From NCBI GenBank assembly GCA_044222065.1, contig JBGAOA010000003.1:1-64000 (forward strand): a stretch of 64,000 bases of DNA. The letters are read 5' to 3'. The translations under genes were made by a program, and so were the position numbers. The DNA is from Candidatus Eiseniibacteriota bacterium (GTDB lineage Bacteria > Eisenbacteria > RBG-16-71-46). How positions within the stretch are numbered: position 1 is the stretch's first letter; every line of letters begins with the position of its first letter. Positions 1 through 9,817 of the stretch are shown here, in pieces. Below the pieces are notes generated by a model. It was given only the letters and a program-made list of their open reading frames with translations, made no database searches and was not told the origin of the DNA.

Positions 1-59
1 GACGGTCGCGGCCGGCCGGAATCACCGCCGAAGCCGCGCCGCGCGCGTCCGCGCGGCGC

Positions 60-87
60 GGGAACTGCCCCCGGCGCGGGGGCATTC
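60..87 (+). promoter_or_regulatory. Putative ECF sigma promoter (GGGAAC-N16-GCATTC)
   Basis: gggaac 60-65, 16-nt spacer, gcattc 82-87, upstream of GGAGG RBS and ATG 111; same motif recurs six more times. Confidence 0.7.
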
Positions 88-110
88 CGGGGCCGGAGGG
101 GCAAATCACG

Positions 111-719
111 ATGAATTCGAACGCCGATTCGGCCGATATCCGGGTCAGTCCGCTCAAGGACCCGCGGCTTCCGCCCGGCCAGATCCTCACCGAGAAGTGG
201 CCCGTGCTGCACTACGGCTCGGTCCCGAAGGTCGATCTGTCGAGCTGGAGCTTCGAGGTTCGCGGTCTGGTGGAGCGCCCGTTCACGCTCACGTGGGAGC
301 AGTTTCGAGAACTGCCGCGCGTGCAGGTGAGGAGCGACATCCACTGCGTCACGCGCTGGAGCCGGTACGACAACGTCTGGGACGGTGTCGCGATCGCAGA
401 AGTGCTCGAGCGCGCCGGAGTGAAACCGGACGCCCGCTTCGCGATCGTCTTCGCCGAGCAGGGGTTCACGACCAATCTGCCGCTTTCGGAGCTCGACCAG
501 AATGACGTTCTGCTCGCCGACACGCACGATGGCGCCCCGCTCACGCCGGATCACGGCTGGCCGTTGCGGCTCGTCGTCCCGCGCCGCTACTTCTGGAAGA
601 GCGCGAAGTGGATCCGCGGGATCGAACTGGCGCGCGACGACCGTCCGGGCTTCTGGGAACAGAACGGCTACCACAACGAAGCGGACCCCTGGAAAGAGGA
701 GCGCTTCTCGGACTGGTGA
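111..719 (+). CDS. Sulfite-oxidase-like molybdopterin oxidoreductase (YuiH/MsrP-like, no signal peptide)
   Basis: RLPPGQ, DIHCVTRWS (Mo-ligand Cys), HGWPLRLVVP, WKSAKW, GFWEQNGYH. Confidence 0.9.
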   Translation: MNSNADSADIRVSPLKDPRLPPGQILTEKWPVLHYGSVPKVDLSSWSFEVRGLVERPFTLTWEQFRELPRVQVRSDIHCVTRWSRYDNVWDGVAIAEVLERAGVKPDARFAIVFAEQGFTTNLPLSELDQNDVLLADTHDGAPLTPDHGWPLRLVVPRRYFWKSAKWIRGIELARDDRPGFWEQNGYHNEADPWKEERFSDW

Positions 720-797
720 GTTCCTCGCGGCGATCGTGCGGCGCGGCGCCTTTGCGTGCGCCGCGCCGTTCGCGTTCGGCGCTCCGCGGGCGGGCCG

Positions 798-2543
798 ATG
801 AGTTCGCGCGCGACCCGCACCGCGCGCGAGCTGCTGCAGCTCCAGCTCGACCAGCTCGGCGAGTTCCGTAACGCCGGCGCCCGCTCACCGGTGTTCCGCG
901 CGTGGCGGCAGTCGACGCTCACCGTGATCCAGCGCGTGTGGCCGGGAGACGGATCGCGCTCCGAGCGCTTCCGCCGCATTCCATTCTCGGCTCCGAGCAC
1001 GCGCGCCGAGGCGAAGGAGATGCGCGACTGGTACGAGCGCGGCTGCAGCGAGGCGGCGGCGCTGCTTCAGCTGTACGTCGAGGAGGCTCCGAGCGGCGAC
1101 GCCGCGCGCGCGCCCGTCTCGACCGCGCCGGCCAACGACGGCTCCCCCGGTCTGTACGAAGACGACTTCCCGATGCTCGACCTGCCGGGCGGCGCGCCGC
1201 GCCCCGCGCCGGCGAAGCCCGCGCCTCCGGCGGCCGCGAAGCCCGCGCCGAAGCCCGTTGCTCCCGTGACGCCCGCGAAGTCCGCCGCACCCCCGCCGCC
1301 GCCCGCGCCAGCGCCGCAGGCCGCCGCGCCGAAGCCGGCCGCGCCCGTCGCGCCCGTGTCGATGCCGACGACGCCGCCGGCGCCCGCCGCCATTCCCGCG
1401 GCCTCGATTCCGAAGCCGCCGACGCCGATGCCGCGCGCCGCGCAGCCCGCGCCCGGCGAGCGGCGCGACGCGCGGCCGAACGGCGCGAAGGCGAAGAAGG
1501 CCGCGAAGAAGGCCGCGCGCCGCCTCAAGGACATGCTCGGCTTCGGCGAGTTCGACGCTCCCGAGGATGCGGCGCCGATCGCGGACGCCTCCGATCCTTC
1601 GCCTCCGCCATCTTTGCCCCGGCCGACCTACGTCGGGCCGATCGACTCGGATCTCGTGACGCTGCCCGCGTCGCACCCGACCCCGATCCCGCCGCCGCCG
1701 CCCGCGCCGTCCGTCCTCGCCTCGCCGCGCACGGTGCCGCCGAGCCTCGAAGCGGCGCTCGCTTCGCTCACGGCTTCGGACGCGAGTCCGGTCGCGGGGC
1801 CGGGCGACGAATCCGAGCTCGATCCGATCCTCGAGGACGTTCCGGCCGTCGCGGCCGAAAACCGCCTGCCGACGATCGACTCGCTCGTGCCGCCGGACTT
1901 CGCGGACGCCCTGCAGCATTCGATCGAAGACCACGAACCCGTCGAGCACGACGATCCCGAGCCCGCGCGCCCGCGCGCGGAAGCTCCGGTCCGCGAGCCC
2001 CAGGCCGTGCGCGCATCCATCGACGATCTCGATCTCGCGTTCGAGGACTCGCTCTCGATCCTGCCGTCGCACGCGGTCACCCCGCGCGCGCCCGAGGACG
2101 ACGTGCGCGAAGAGCCGCTCGGCGAAGCGCCCGCGGGAGGGCTGCCGCGTCTCGAACTCGTGCGGCCCGAATCCGCGGACGCGCGCCGCGGTGCGCCCGC
2201 GCACGCGAGCGACCCGAACGAGCCGGCGGCGCCGGCGGAGGAGATCGAGGCGCCGTCGAGCGCCGCGCCGGCGGCGGCCGAAGCGTCGGCGTCACATCCC
2301 GATTTCCGCTCGCCGGCCGCGCGCGGCCTGCAGGCGCTCGCGAGCGAGGTCGCGCGGCTCGGCGTGCCCGAAGGTCACCGCGCGCGCGCGCGGGCCACGC
2401 TGCTCGACCTCGCGCGCCGCGTGGACGAGGACGCGCTCACGTGGGACGAGATGCGCGATGCGGTCGTGTTCGCGATGGAGTTCCCGCCGCTCGCGCAGCG
2501 GCTCGTCCCGATGCTGCTGCCGTACTTCGACGCCGCGGCCTGA
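798..2543 (+). CDS. Hypothetical protein: helical N- and C-terminal domains joined by a long Pro/Ala/acidic low-complexity linker
   Basis: Long ORF with genome-typical codon use; ATG 798 preferred to the upstream GTG. Confidence 0.7.
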   Translation: MSSRATRTARELLQLQLDQLGEFRNAGARSPVFRAWRQSTLTVIQRVWPGDGSRSERFRRIPFSAPSTRAEAKEMRDWYERGCSEAAALLQLYVEEAPSGDAARAPVSTAPANDGSPGLYEDDFPMLDLPGGAPRPAPAKPAPPAAAKPAPKPVAPVTPAKSAAPPPPPAPAPQAAAPKPAAPVAPVSMPTTPPAPAAIPAASIPKPPTPMPRAAQPAPGERRDARPNGAKAKKAAKKAARRLKDMLGFGEFDAPEDAAPIADASDPSPPPSLPRPTYVGPIDSDLVTLPASHPTPIPPPPPAPSVLASPRTVPPSLEAALASLTASDASPVAGPGDESELDPILEDVPAVAAENRLPTIDSLVPPDFADALQHSIEDHEPVEHDDPEPARPRAEAPVREPQAVRASIDDLDLAFEDSLSILPSHAVTPRAPEDDVREEPLGEAPAGGLPRLELVRPESADARRGAPAHASDPNEPAAPAEEIEAPSSAAPAAAEASASHPDFRSPAARGLQALASEVARLGVPEGHRARARATLLDLARRVDEDALTWDEMRDAVVFAMEFPPLAQRLVPMLLPYFDAAA

Positions 2544-2559
2544 ACCCTCCGCGCTCGAG

Positions 2560-2598
2560 GCGCCCGGCGCTCGCTCGAGCGGCCGGGCGCTTCCGTTT
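2560..2598 (+). terminator. Putative intrinsic terminator
   Basis: gcgcccggc...gccgggcgc hairpin followed by ttccgttt. Confidence 0.5.
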
Positions 2599-2683
2599 CG
2601 CGCCCGTCCGCGAGGCCGGGACGGCCGTTGGCGCGCGAATCCCGTGACGCTAGTCTGTGTCGAAACGTGACGGGAGGTGCACG

Positions 2684-5284
2684 ATGGCGTTCGACCGGTT
2701 CACCGTGAAGTCGCAGGAGGCGCTCGAGGGCGCGCAGCGCGTCGCGCGTGAGCGCGGACACCAGGCCGTGAGCGGCGACCACCTGCTCGCCGCGCTGCTC
2801 GAACCGTCCGAAGGCACGGTCGCCGCGGTGCTGCAGAAGCTCGGCGTGCCGCGCGAAGGCGTGGCGCGCGACGCGAACGCCGCGCTCGACCGCAAGCCGC
2901 GCGTGCAGGGCGGCACGCCGTACGCGGACGACTCGCTGCGCCGCGCGCTCGAAGCCGCCGAAGCGCAGGCCGGGCACCTGCAGGACGAATTCGTGAGCGT
3001 CGAGCACCTGCTGCTCGCGCTCGCCGATCCCGCTTCGGGCGGCGAGGCGCCGCGCGTGCTCGCGAAGCACGGCGTGACGGGCGAGGCGCTGCTCAAGGCG
3101 CTCGCCGGCGTGCGCGGCGGGCAGCGCGTCACCGACGCGAGCCCCGAGGACAAGTACCAGGCGCTCAGCAAGTACGGCCGCGACCTCACGGCCGCCGCGC
3201 GCGCCGGGAAGCTCGATCCCGTGATCGGGCGCGACGACGAGATCCGGCGCGTCATCCAGGTGCTCGCGCGGCGCACGAAGAACAACCCGGTGCTGATCGG
3301 CGAACCCGGCGTCGGCAAGACCGCGATCGTCGAGGGGCTCGCGCAGCGCATCGTGTCCGGCGACGTGCCCGACTCGCTCAAGGACCAGCGCGTCATCGCG
3401 CTCGACCTCGGCTCGCTGCTCGCGGGCAGCAAGTTCCGCGGCGAGTTCGAGGACCGGCTGAAGGCCGTGCTCAAGGAAGTCACGAACGCCGAGAACCGCA
3501 TCGTGCTGTTCATCGACGAGCTGCACACGCTCGTCGGCGCGGGCGGCGCCGAGGGCGCCGTGGACGCCTCGAACCTGCTCAAGCCCGCGCTCGCGCGCGG
3601 CGAGCTGCACTGCGTCGGCGCGACGACGCTCGACGAGTACCGCAAGCACGTCGAGAAGGACGCCGCGCTCGAGCGGCGCTTCCAGCCGGTCGTCGTCGGC
3701 GAGCCGAGCGTCGAGGACTCGATCGCGATCCTGCGCGGCCTCAAGGAACGCTACGAGGTCCACCACGGCATCATGATCAAGGACGCCGCGCTCGTGGCCG
3801 CGGCCATGCTGTCGAGCCGCTACATCTCCGACCGCAAGCTGCCCGACAAGGCGATCGACCTCGTGGACGAGGCCGCCTCGCGGCTGCGCATGGAGATCGA
3901 CTCGATGCCGGTCGAGCTCGACGAGCTGACGCGGCGTGCGCGCCAGCTCGAGATCGAGCGCATCGGGCTCGCGAAGGAAACCGACGAGGGCAGCCGCCGC
4001 CGGCTGCAGCGGCTCGACGAGGAGCGCGCGCGCCTGGACGGCGAGCGGCGCACGCTCGAGGAGCAGTGGACGCGCGAGAAGGAAGTCGTCGCGAAGATCC
4101 GCGAGCTCAAGTCGCGGCGCGAGCAGCTGAAGAACGAAGAGGCGAAATCCGAGCGCGCCGGCGACCTCACCCGCGTCGCCGAGATCCGGAACAGCCTCCT
4201 GTTCCAGCTCCAGCGCGACCTCGACCAGGCGACCGGCAAGCTCGCCTCGCTCCAGCAGAAGCAGCGCATGCTCAAGGAAGAGGTGGACGAAGAGGACATC
4301 GCCGAGGTCGTGTCGAAGTGGACGGGCATCCCGGTCACGCGCCTCCTCGAGGGCGAGGTCGAGAAGCTCGTCAAGATGGAGGACCGCCTGCACGCGCGCG
4401 TGGTCGGCCAGGACGAAGCGGTGCGTGCGGTGAGCGAGGCGGTGCGGCGCGCGCGCGCCGGCCTCCACGACCCGAAGCGTCCGCTCGGCTCGTTCCTGTT
4501 CCTCGGACCCACCGGTGTCGGCAAGACCGAGCTGGCGCGCGCGCTCGCCGAGTTCCTGTTCGACGACGAACGCGCGATGGTGCGTCTCGACATGAGCGAG
4601 TACCAGGAGAAGCACACGGTCGCTCGCATGATCGGCGCGCCGCCCGGCTACGTCGGCTACGAGGAGGGCGGAGCGCTGACCGAGGCGGTGCGGCGGCGGC
4701 CGTACTCGGTCGTGCTGCTCGACGAGGTCGAGAAGGCGCACGTCGAAGTGCTCAACGTGCTGCTCCAGCTGCTCGACGACGGCCGGCTGACGGACGGGCA
4801 GGGACGCACGGTGGACTTCAAGAACACGATCGTCGTGATGACCTCGAACCTCGGCTCGCAGTGGATCCTCGAGCTGGCCGACGACCCGCGGGCGCTCGAG
4901 GAACGCGTACAGGCGGCGCTGCGCGCGCACTTCCGCCCCGAGTTCCTCAATCGAGTTGACGAGATCGTTACGTTCCACGCGCTGCGTCGCGAGGACCTGC
5001 GGCGCGTCGTGGACCTGCAGTTCGAGGGGCTCCGGCGGATGCTGGCCGAGCGCCGGATCGGCCTCGAGCTGACCGATTCCGCACGCGACGCGCTGGCCGA
5101 AGAAGGCTATGATGCCGCCTTCGGAGCGCGACCGCTCAAGCGGACTCTCCAGCGGCGCGTTCAAAATCCACTGGCGATGCAGCTGCTCCAGAACCGCTTC
5201 CGGGCGGGTCAGACGGTGCTCGTGGACGCGGAGCGCGGCGAGATCGTCCTGCGCGCCGAGGATCGGGTGCCGAGCGGAGTCTGA
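2684..5284 (+). CDS. clpB: ATP-dependent disaggregase ClpB
   Basis: [21 protein letters not shown], coiled-coil M domain, [36 protein letters not shown] before ATG 2684. Confidence 0.97.
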   Translation: MAFDRFTVKSQEALEGAQRVARERGHQAVSGDHLLAALLEPSEGTVAAVLQKLGVPREGVARDANAALDRKPRVQGGTPYADDSLRRALEAAEAQAGHLQDEFVSVEHLLLALADPASGGEAPRVLAKHGVTGEALLKALAGVRGGQRVTDASPEDKYQALSKYGRDLTAAARAGKLDPVIGRDDEIRRVIQVLARRTKNNPVLIGEPGVGKTAIVEGLAQRIVSGDVPDSLKDQRVIALDLGSLLAGSKFRGEFEDRLKAVLKEVTNAENRIVLFIDELHTLVGAGGAEGAVDASNLLKPALARGELHCVGATTLDEYRKHVEKDAALERRFQPVVVGEPSVEDSIAILRGLKERYEVHHGIMIKDAALVAAAMLSSRYISDRKLPDKAIDLVDEAASRLRMEIDSMPVELDELTRRARQLEIERIGLAKETDEGSRRRLQRLDEERARLDGERRTLEEQWTREKEVVAKIRELKSRREQLKNEEAKSERAGDLTRVAEIRNSLLFQLQRDLDQATGKLASLQQKQRMLKEEVDEEDIAEVVSKWTGIPVTRLLEGEVEKLVKMEDRLHARVVGQDEAVRAVSEAVRRARAGLHDPKRPLGSFLFLGPTGVGKTELARALAEFLFDDERAMVRLDMSEYQEKHTVARMIGAPPGYVGYEEGGALTEAVRRRPYSVVLLDEVEKAHVEVLNVLLQLLDDGRLTDGQGRTVDFKNTIVVMTSNLGSQWILELADDPRALEERVQAALRAHFRPEFLNRVDEIVTFHALRREDLRRVVDLQFEGLRRMLAERRIGLELTDSARDALAEEGYDAAFGARPLKRTLQRRVQNPLAMQLLQNRFRAGQTVLVDAERGEIVLRAEDRVPSGV

Positions 5285-5442
5285 ATTCGCCGGACGGAAC
5301 ACGGAAGTACCCGCCGGGTTTCTCCCCACCGGCGTTGCAGATCGCAAGTCCGAGGCATGCCTTTCGGAATGCCGGCCGTTGAATCCGGCCGGACGAGCCG
5401 CGCGAATCGGCGCGTTTCGTGGGCAGCGCTCGGGGCCGCGCG

Positions 5443-5458
5443 AGGCATGGAAAGTGCC
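5443..5458 (+). promoter_or_regulatory. Possible sigma54 -24/-12 promoter
   Basis: aGGcatggaaagtGCc, GG-N10-GC spacing, ~45 nt before ATG 5501. Confidence 0.4.
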
Positions 5459-5500
5459 TTTCCGACGCGGACTTCTTCGCCACGACAGGGAGAACAGGGA

Positions 5501-7417
5501 ATGATCCAGCGCTCGCTTCGCATCGCAGGGATGGCCTTACTGACCGCCCTGCTCCCCTCCTTCGCTCAGTCCGCCGATCTCTACGTCTCGCCCTCCGGCT
5601 CGGGCACCGCGTGCACGCCGGGAAGTCCGTGCGCGATGTCGCAGGCGAATGCCGCCGTGAAGGCCGGCGACGTCGTGCGCCTCGCCGCCGGCACCTACAC
5701 GACCGCGATCGCTCCGGCGACGAACGGCGCGGCGGGTTCGCGCATCACGTATCTCGGCAGCCTCGCGAATCCGGCCTCGACGGTCGTGCCGACGACGACG
5801 CTCACGAAACGCTACGTCTCGATGAAGGGCGTCCGCGTCGCGGGCAGCTTCGGCATGGATGCCACCTCCACGACCCAGTACGCGCAGTTCGACTCGATCG
5901 CGTGGTGCATCGTGGACAACGACTTCGGACTCAACCAGGCGAAGGACTGCGTCGCCTACCGCGTGGACGTCGTGAGCGGACGCGGGCATTTCAGCCTCAA
6001 CGTGCCCTCGACGCCGGTCGCGAGCTTCACGATCCCCGAGCGGAACATCGTCCGGCGCTGCAACATGTGGCTCGGCGAGGACCAGACGTACGGCTTCCAC
6101 GTCGTGCAGATCCGCGGCGCGCAGAACTGCATCATCGACAGCAATCGCGTGAACATCGTGCTGTCGAGCGCGATCGCCGGCGAGACCGATCCGTTCATCG
6201 CGTTCTACATGAAGTGGTGCACGTTCCGCGACAACCGCTGGACCGTGCGCAACAACCACTCGTTGCCCCACCTGTTCCGCTGGCGCGACTCGACGATGTT
6301 CAACCGCGTCTATCGCGACACGATCCTCATGTCGGGCAACACGTGCCGGTTCGCGCCCTCGTCCTCGGGCAGCTGGGAAGGCTCGACGGACGACAACTAC
6401 TTCGAAGGGCTGTACGTGAAGAGCAGCTGCATCCCGGCCGACGTCGCGCTCTTCTACCAGAACGGCACGCGGCGCGACACGCTGCGCAACTGCGTCGTGA
6501 TCGACAGCATGGGCAAGGCGATGACGATGCTCGGCATCGAGACCGGCGCGTCGCTGATCGACCACTGCACGTTCGTGGGCAACTCGCGCTACGGCGTCGT
6601 CGAGTTCCCGTGCGGCGTCGGCACGTTCGGCGACCTGTGGCCGTCGAGCGGCTCGTTGCGCTTCACGAACAACCTCATCTACGGCATCAGCGCCGGCACG
6701 TCGGGCACGAACGCCGCGATCAGCTGGCAGTTCAGTTCCGCGACGAACGCGCTCACGAGCAACAACAACCTCTATTACATGCCGACGGTCGGCGGCGGGA
6801 ACAGCATCCGCTACGGCATCAACACGGCCTCGCCCGTGTTCTCGGCGCCGGGCACCGGCGGGACGTTCTACGGCACCTACGGCGAGGACGGGAATTCGCT
6901 GTCGACGAACCCGATGTTCGCGAACGCCTCGTTCACGAACTTCGACCCGCGGCTCCAGGACGGCAGCCCCGCGATCGGCGCCGGCACGGACGGGCTCGAC
7001 ATCGGCGCGACCTTCGGCAACGGCTCCGACCAGATCCCGCCCGGACAGGTGAACGACCTGCGCGTCACGGTCGTCGCCGACCGCAACGCAATGCTCGCGT
7101 GGACCGCGCCGGGCGACGACATGCAGAGCGGTTCGCAGGTCGCGCAGTACGAGGTGCGCTACTCGACCTCGTCGTTCACGGCCGCGAACTTCGCGAGCCA
7201 GCCGCTCGCCCCCGAGCCGGCGATCACGGTCGGCCCCGGCGGCACGCAGGGCTACGCGCTCACCGCGCTCACGCCGGGCCAGAACTACTGGGTCGCGATG
7301 CGCTCGCGCGACGACGCGGGCAACTGGTCGTTCGTGAGCAACGTCGTGCAGTTCACGGCCTCGGTGAACGACCTCACGCCGCCGGCCGCGGTGCAGGACC
7401 TCTCGACGGCGCCGTAG
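5501..7417 (+). CDS. Secreted right-handed beta-helix (pectin-lyase-fold-like) protein with C-terminal fibronectin type III domain
   Basis: Signal peptide ending AQSA; YVSPSGSG..C..GSPC; GDVVRLAAGTY; Asn-rich repeats; LQDGSPAIGAG..DIGA; WTAPGDD...YEVRYS...DDAGNWS. Confidence 0.75.
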   Translation: MIQRSLRIAGMALLTALLPSFAQSADLYVSPSGSGTACTPGSPCAMSQANAAVKAGDVVRLAAGTYTTAIAPATNGAAGSRITYLGSLANPASTVVPTTTLTKRYVSMKGVRVAGSFGMDATSTTQYAQFDSIAWCIVDNDFGLNQAKDCVAYRVDVVSGRGHFSLNVPSTPVASFTIPERNIVRRCNMWLGEDQTYGFHVVQIRGAQNCIIDSNRVNIVLSSAIAGETDPFIAFYMKWCTFRDNRWTVRNNHSLPHLFRWRDSTMFNRVYRDTILMSGNTCRFAPSSSGSWEGSTDDNYFEGLYVKSSCIPADVALFYQNGTRRDTLRNCVVIDSMGKAMTMLGIETGASLIDHCTFVGNSRYGVVEFPCGVGTFGDLWPSSGSLRFTNNLIYGISAGTSGTNAAISWQFSSATNALTSNNNLYYMPTVGGGNSIRYGINTASPVFSAPGTGGTFYGTYGEDGNSLSTNPMFANASFTNFDPRLQDGSPAIGAGTDGLDIGATFGNGSDQIPPGQVNDLRVTVVADRNAMLAWTAPGDDMQSGSQVAQYEVRYSTSSFTAANFASQPLAPEPAITVGPGGTQGYALTALTPGQNYWVAMRSRDDAGNWSFVSNVVQFTASVNDLTPPAAVQDLSTAP

Positions 7418-7434
7418 GCCGTCCGCCGGAAGCG

Positions 7435-7468
7435 CGCGAGGGGAGTCCGTCGCCGGACTCCCCTCGCG
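7435..7468. terminator. Hairpin between convergent genes (likely bidirectional terminator)
   Basis: Perfect 15-bp stem cgcgaggggagtccg / cggactcccctcgcg with a 4-nt loop. Confidence 0.75.
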
Positions 7469-7483
7469 TGTTTCGGGGCGGAC

Positions 7484-8818
7484 TCAGCGGATCGCGGTGC
7501 GCTTCGCCGCGAGCGCGCGGAAGAACACGACCTGGTTCTTCGGCGGGCGCTTCGCCTCGAGCAGCGCCTGATTGGCGGCGCCCCACAGGTCCTCGCCGCC
7601 GCCCGCGTGATCCGGGAAGAGAGCGACGCCGATGCTGACCGTGACGCTCACACGGTGCGTGCGGCCGTCGAGCCCCTCGAGCGTCACGATCTGCTTCTCG
7701 ACGAGCGTCCGCAGCCGCTCCGTGACGGCCGCGACGTCCGGCGCCGTGACCGGGGCCGTGAGCAGCACGGCGAACTCCTCGCCGCCCCAGCGCGACACGG
7801 TGTCGAACGGACGGACGGCGCGGCGCAGCGCGCCCGACACCTGCACGAGCACTTCGTTGCCGGCGCGGTAGCCGTAGCGCGTGTTGAAGCCCTTGAAGTC
7901 GTCGATGTCCACGATGCACAGCGCGAACGAGGCACTCTCGCGCTGAGAACGCGCCATTTCGTTCTGCACCTGCAGGTCGAAGTACGAGCGGTTGTACGCG
8001 TTCGTGAGCGGGTCCACGAACATCAGGCGCTCGATGCGCGCGGCGCGCTCGAGCGCGCTGCCGGCGAAGTCGGCGAGAAGCGCGACGAGCGCGAGCTCGT
8101 CGGGGCGGAACGCCTGAGGTGCGCGCGCGAAGATCTCGACGTGGCCGAGCGCGCGGCCGTCGGCGGCGGCGATGCCGGCGATCACGACCGAGCGATAGCC
8201 GCGGCGCCGGGCGTCGGCGGCGATCTCGGGCGCGCGCTCGGCGTCGGCGCAGTACCAGACGTCGGTCGGCCGGGCCGAAGCGTTCGCGGCGACGTCCGGA
8301 TGGAGCGGCGTCGGGGGCATCTCGCCTTCGAAGAGCTGCGCGACGAGCCGCACCTCGCTCGCCCCGAGCAGCTCGCGTCCCGCCTGCTGGAGCGGCTCGG
8401 CGAGCGCCGCGCGCGCGCTCGCGCCGGCGGGCTCGGCGACGCGCGCGAGGTCGTCCACGTGGAGCAGGTGCCGGAGCTGGTCCACGCCGGCGCGCGCCTG
8501 CGGCGGCAGGCTCGCCCGCGGGTACACGAGCCACGCGCCGTGAGATTCCGGCGCGGGCAGGTGCAGCGTGAACACGTCGAGACGGTCGCGCGACTGGAAG
8601 CGCACGACCGGGCTCGCGCCGTTGCCGGGGGACGGGAGGCGACGCAGCGCGCCCGCCTGCTCGAGCTGGCGCAGCGCGAACAGCGCCGCGTCCTCGATCT
8701 TGCGGCGCACGCCCGAGCCGAGCGCGCGCTGAACGGTGAGCCGGTCCACGATCGGCAGTTCGTCGAGCGGAAGCACGCGCTCGAGGAGGTCGCGGAAATC
8801 GATCGGCTGCTGTTTCAT
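7484..8818 (-). CDS. GAF-sensor diguanylate cyclase
   Basis: DPLTNAYNR, DIDDFKGFN, RPFD (RxxD I-site), SRWGGEEF, VTVSIGVA. Confidence 0.92.
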   Translation of the reverse strand: MKQQPIDFRDLLERVLPLDELPIVDRLTVQRALGSGVRRKIEDAALFALRQLEQAGALRRLPSPGNGASPVVRFQSRDRLDVFTLHLPAPESHGAWLVYPRASLPPQARAGVDQLRHLLHVDDLARVAEPAGASARAALAEPLQQAGRELLGASEVRLVAQLFEGEMPPTPLHPDVAANASARPTDVWYCADAERAPEIAADARRRGYRSVVIAGIAAADGRALGHVEIFARAPQAFRPDELALVALLADFAGSALERAARIERLMFVDPLTNAYNRSYFDLQVQNEMARSQRESASFALCIVDIDDFKGFNTRYGYRAGNEVLVQVSGALRRAVRPFDTVSRWGGEEFAVLLTAPVTAPDVAAVTERLRTLVEKQIVTLEGLDGRTHRVSVTVSIGVALFPDHAGGGEDLWGAANQALLEAKRPPKNQVVFFRALAAKRTAIR

Positions 8819-8969
8819 GGCCTGCCCTGCCTCCGTGCCGGGTTGGCCGCGACGTCCGAGTGGGTCCATGCGAGGTGCCGAGCGGGGGAGATCGGACCCG
8901 GTAATCCGGGATGTGGACGCGGGGAGTGTAGCACAGCGCGAGCCCGCGACGCGCGTTGCGACCGCGATT

Positions 8970-9617
8970 TCAGCGCGTCCGGACGATCCTCGTCACGCAC
9001 GACCCGAGCGGGGTCGAGACCCGGAGGAAGTAGTTTCCGGGCCCGGTTCGCCGGCCGAGTTCGTCCCGGCCGTCGAACCGCAGGCGGGTCGCCCCGCGCG
9101 ACAACGGGCCGTCGTGGAGCGTGCGCACGCGCCGTCCGGAGGCGTCGAAGAGCACCGCGCGAACCGGCAGTGCGGGCGCATCGAAGCGTCCGGCGAGCCG
9201 CAGTTCGACGTTCGTATCGCCGCGACCGGGGTTCGGCCAGGCGCGCGCCGCGACTTTCGCCGCGGCGTCCGCGGGCACGGTCACGGCGATCGCGGGCGAC
9301 ACCTCGACCGGTGCGCCCGGCGCCCGGAGCGTGAAGCGGTAGTAGTAGGTGCGGCCCGCCTCGAGGTCGTAGTCCACGAGCGCGCACGTGCCGGTGCACA
9401 GCGCTTCGTCGGCCATCACCGGCGCGTAGAGGCCGTCGGGCGAGTCCGCGCGCGCGCCGACGTAGCTCACGCCGTCGGGAACGCCGAAGAGCTGCACGAT
9501 CACGGCGCCGTTCTCGAAGCGCACGCCGCTCTCGCGTGCGAGGGCGGCGGGAGGCGTGACGGCGAAGGCGACGATTCCGGTGAGCGTTGCGAGTCCGAGT
9601 GCGAGCGAGCGAGTCAT
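8970..9617 (-). CDS. Small secreted protein with FlgD-Ig/Por-tail-like C-terminal domain
   Basis: Signal peptide; WPNPGRG...FDASGRRVRTL.DG...FDGRDELGRRTGPGNYFLR. Confidence 0.75.
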   Translation of the reverse strand: MTRSLALGLATLTGIVAFAVTPPAALARESGVRFENGAVIVQLFGVPDGVSYVGARADSPDGLYAPVMADEALCTGTCALVDYDLEAGRTYYYRFTLRAPGAPVEVSPAIAVTVPADAAAKVAARAWPNPGRGDTNVELRLAGRFDAPALPVRAVLFDASGRRVRTLHDGPLSRGATRLRFDGRDELGRRTGPGNYFLRVSTPLGSCVTRIVRTR

Positions 9618-9747
9618 GGCGGTGTCCTCCCGCGCACAGAGTGACGCACGGCGCGGCTCGCCATCCAGGGCTTTCGCGACCGGCGCGCGCTCGCGGCTCG
9701 ATGCGGTTTCGAGCCGCTCCACGGGCGGGTGCAACGCGCCTCTTCCC

Positions 9748-9777
9748 TTGACACTTTCGCAGCGCGCTCCGTAGGTT
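9748..9777 (+). promoter_or_regulatory. sigma70-type promoter
   Basis: TTGACA 9748-9753, 18-nt spacer, TAGGTT 9772-9777, upstream of PTS IIA gene. Confidence 0.55.
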
Positions 9778-9817
9778 ACGAGGGCCGCCTTCCCGAACGC
9801 GTCCGTGCGAGGACCGA

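Noticed and set aside
2375..5347. 990-aa antisense ORF over clpB, and many similar long Arg/Ala-rich overlapping ORFs across the window
   Set aside because: Shadow frames caused by very high GC and few stop codons; no recognisable motifs, and the opposite or shifted frame has clear family signatures.
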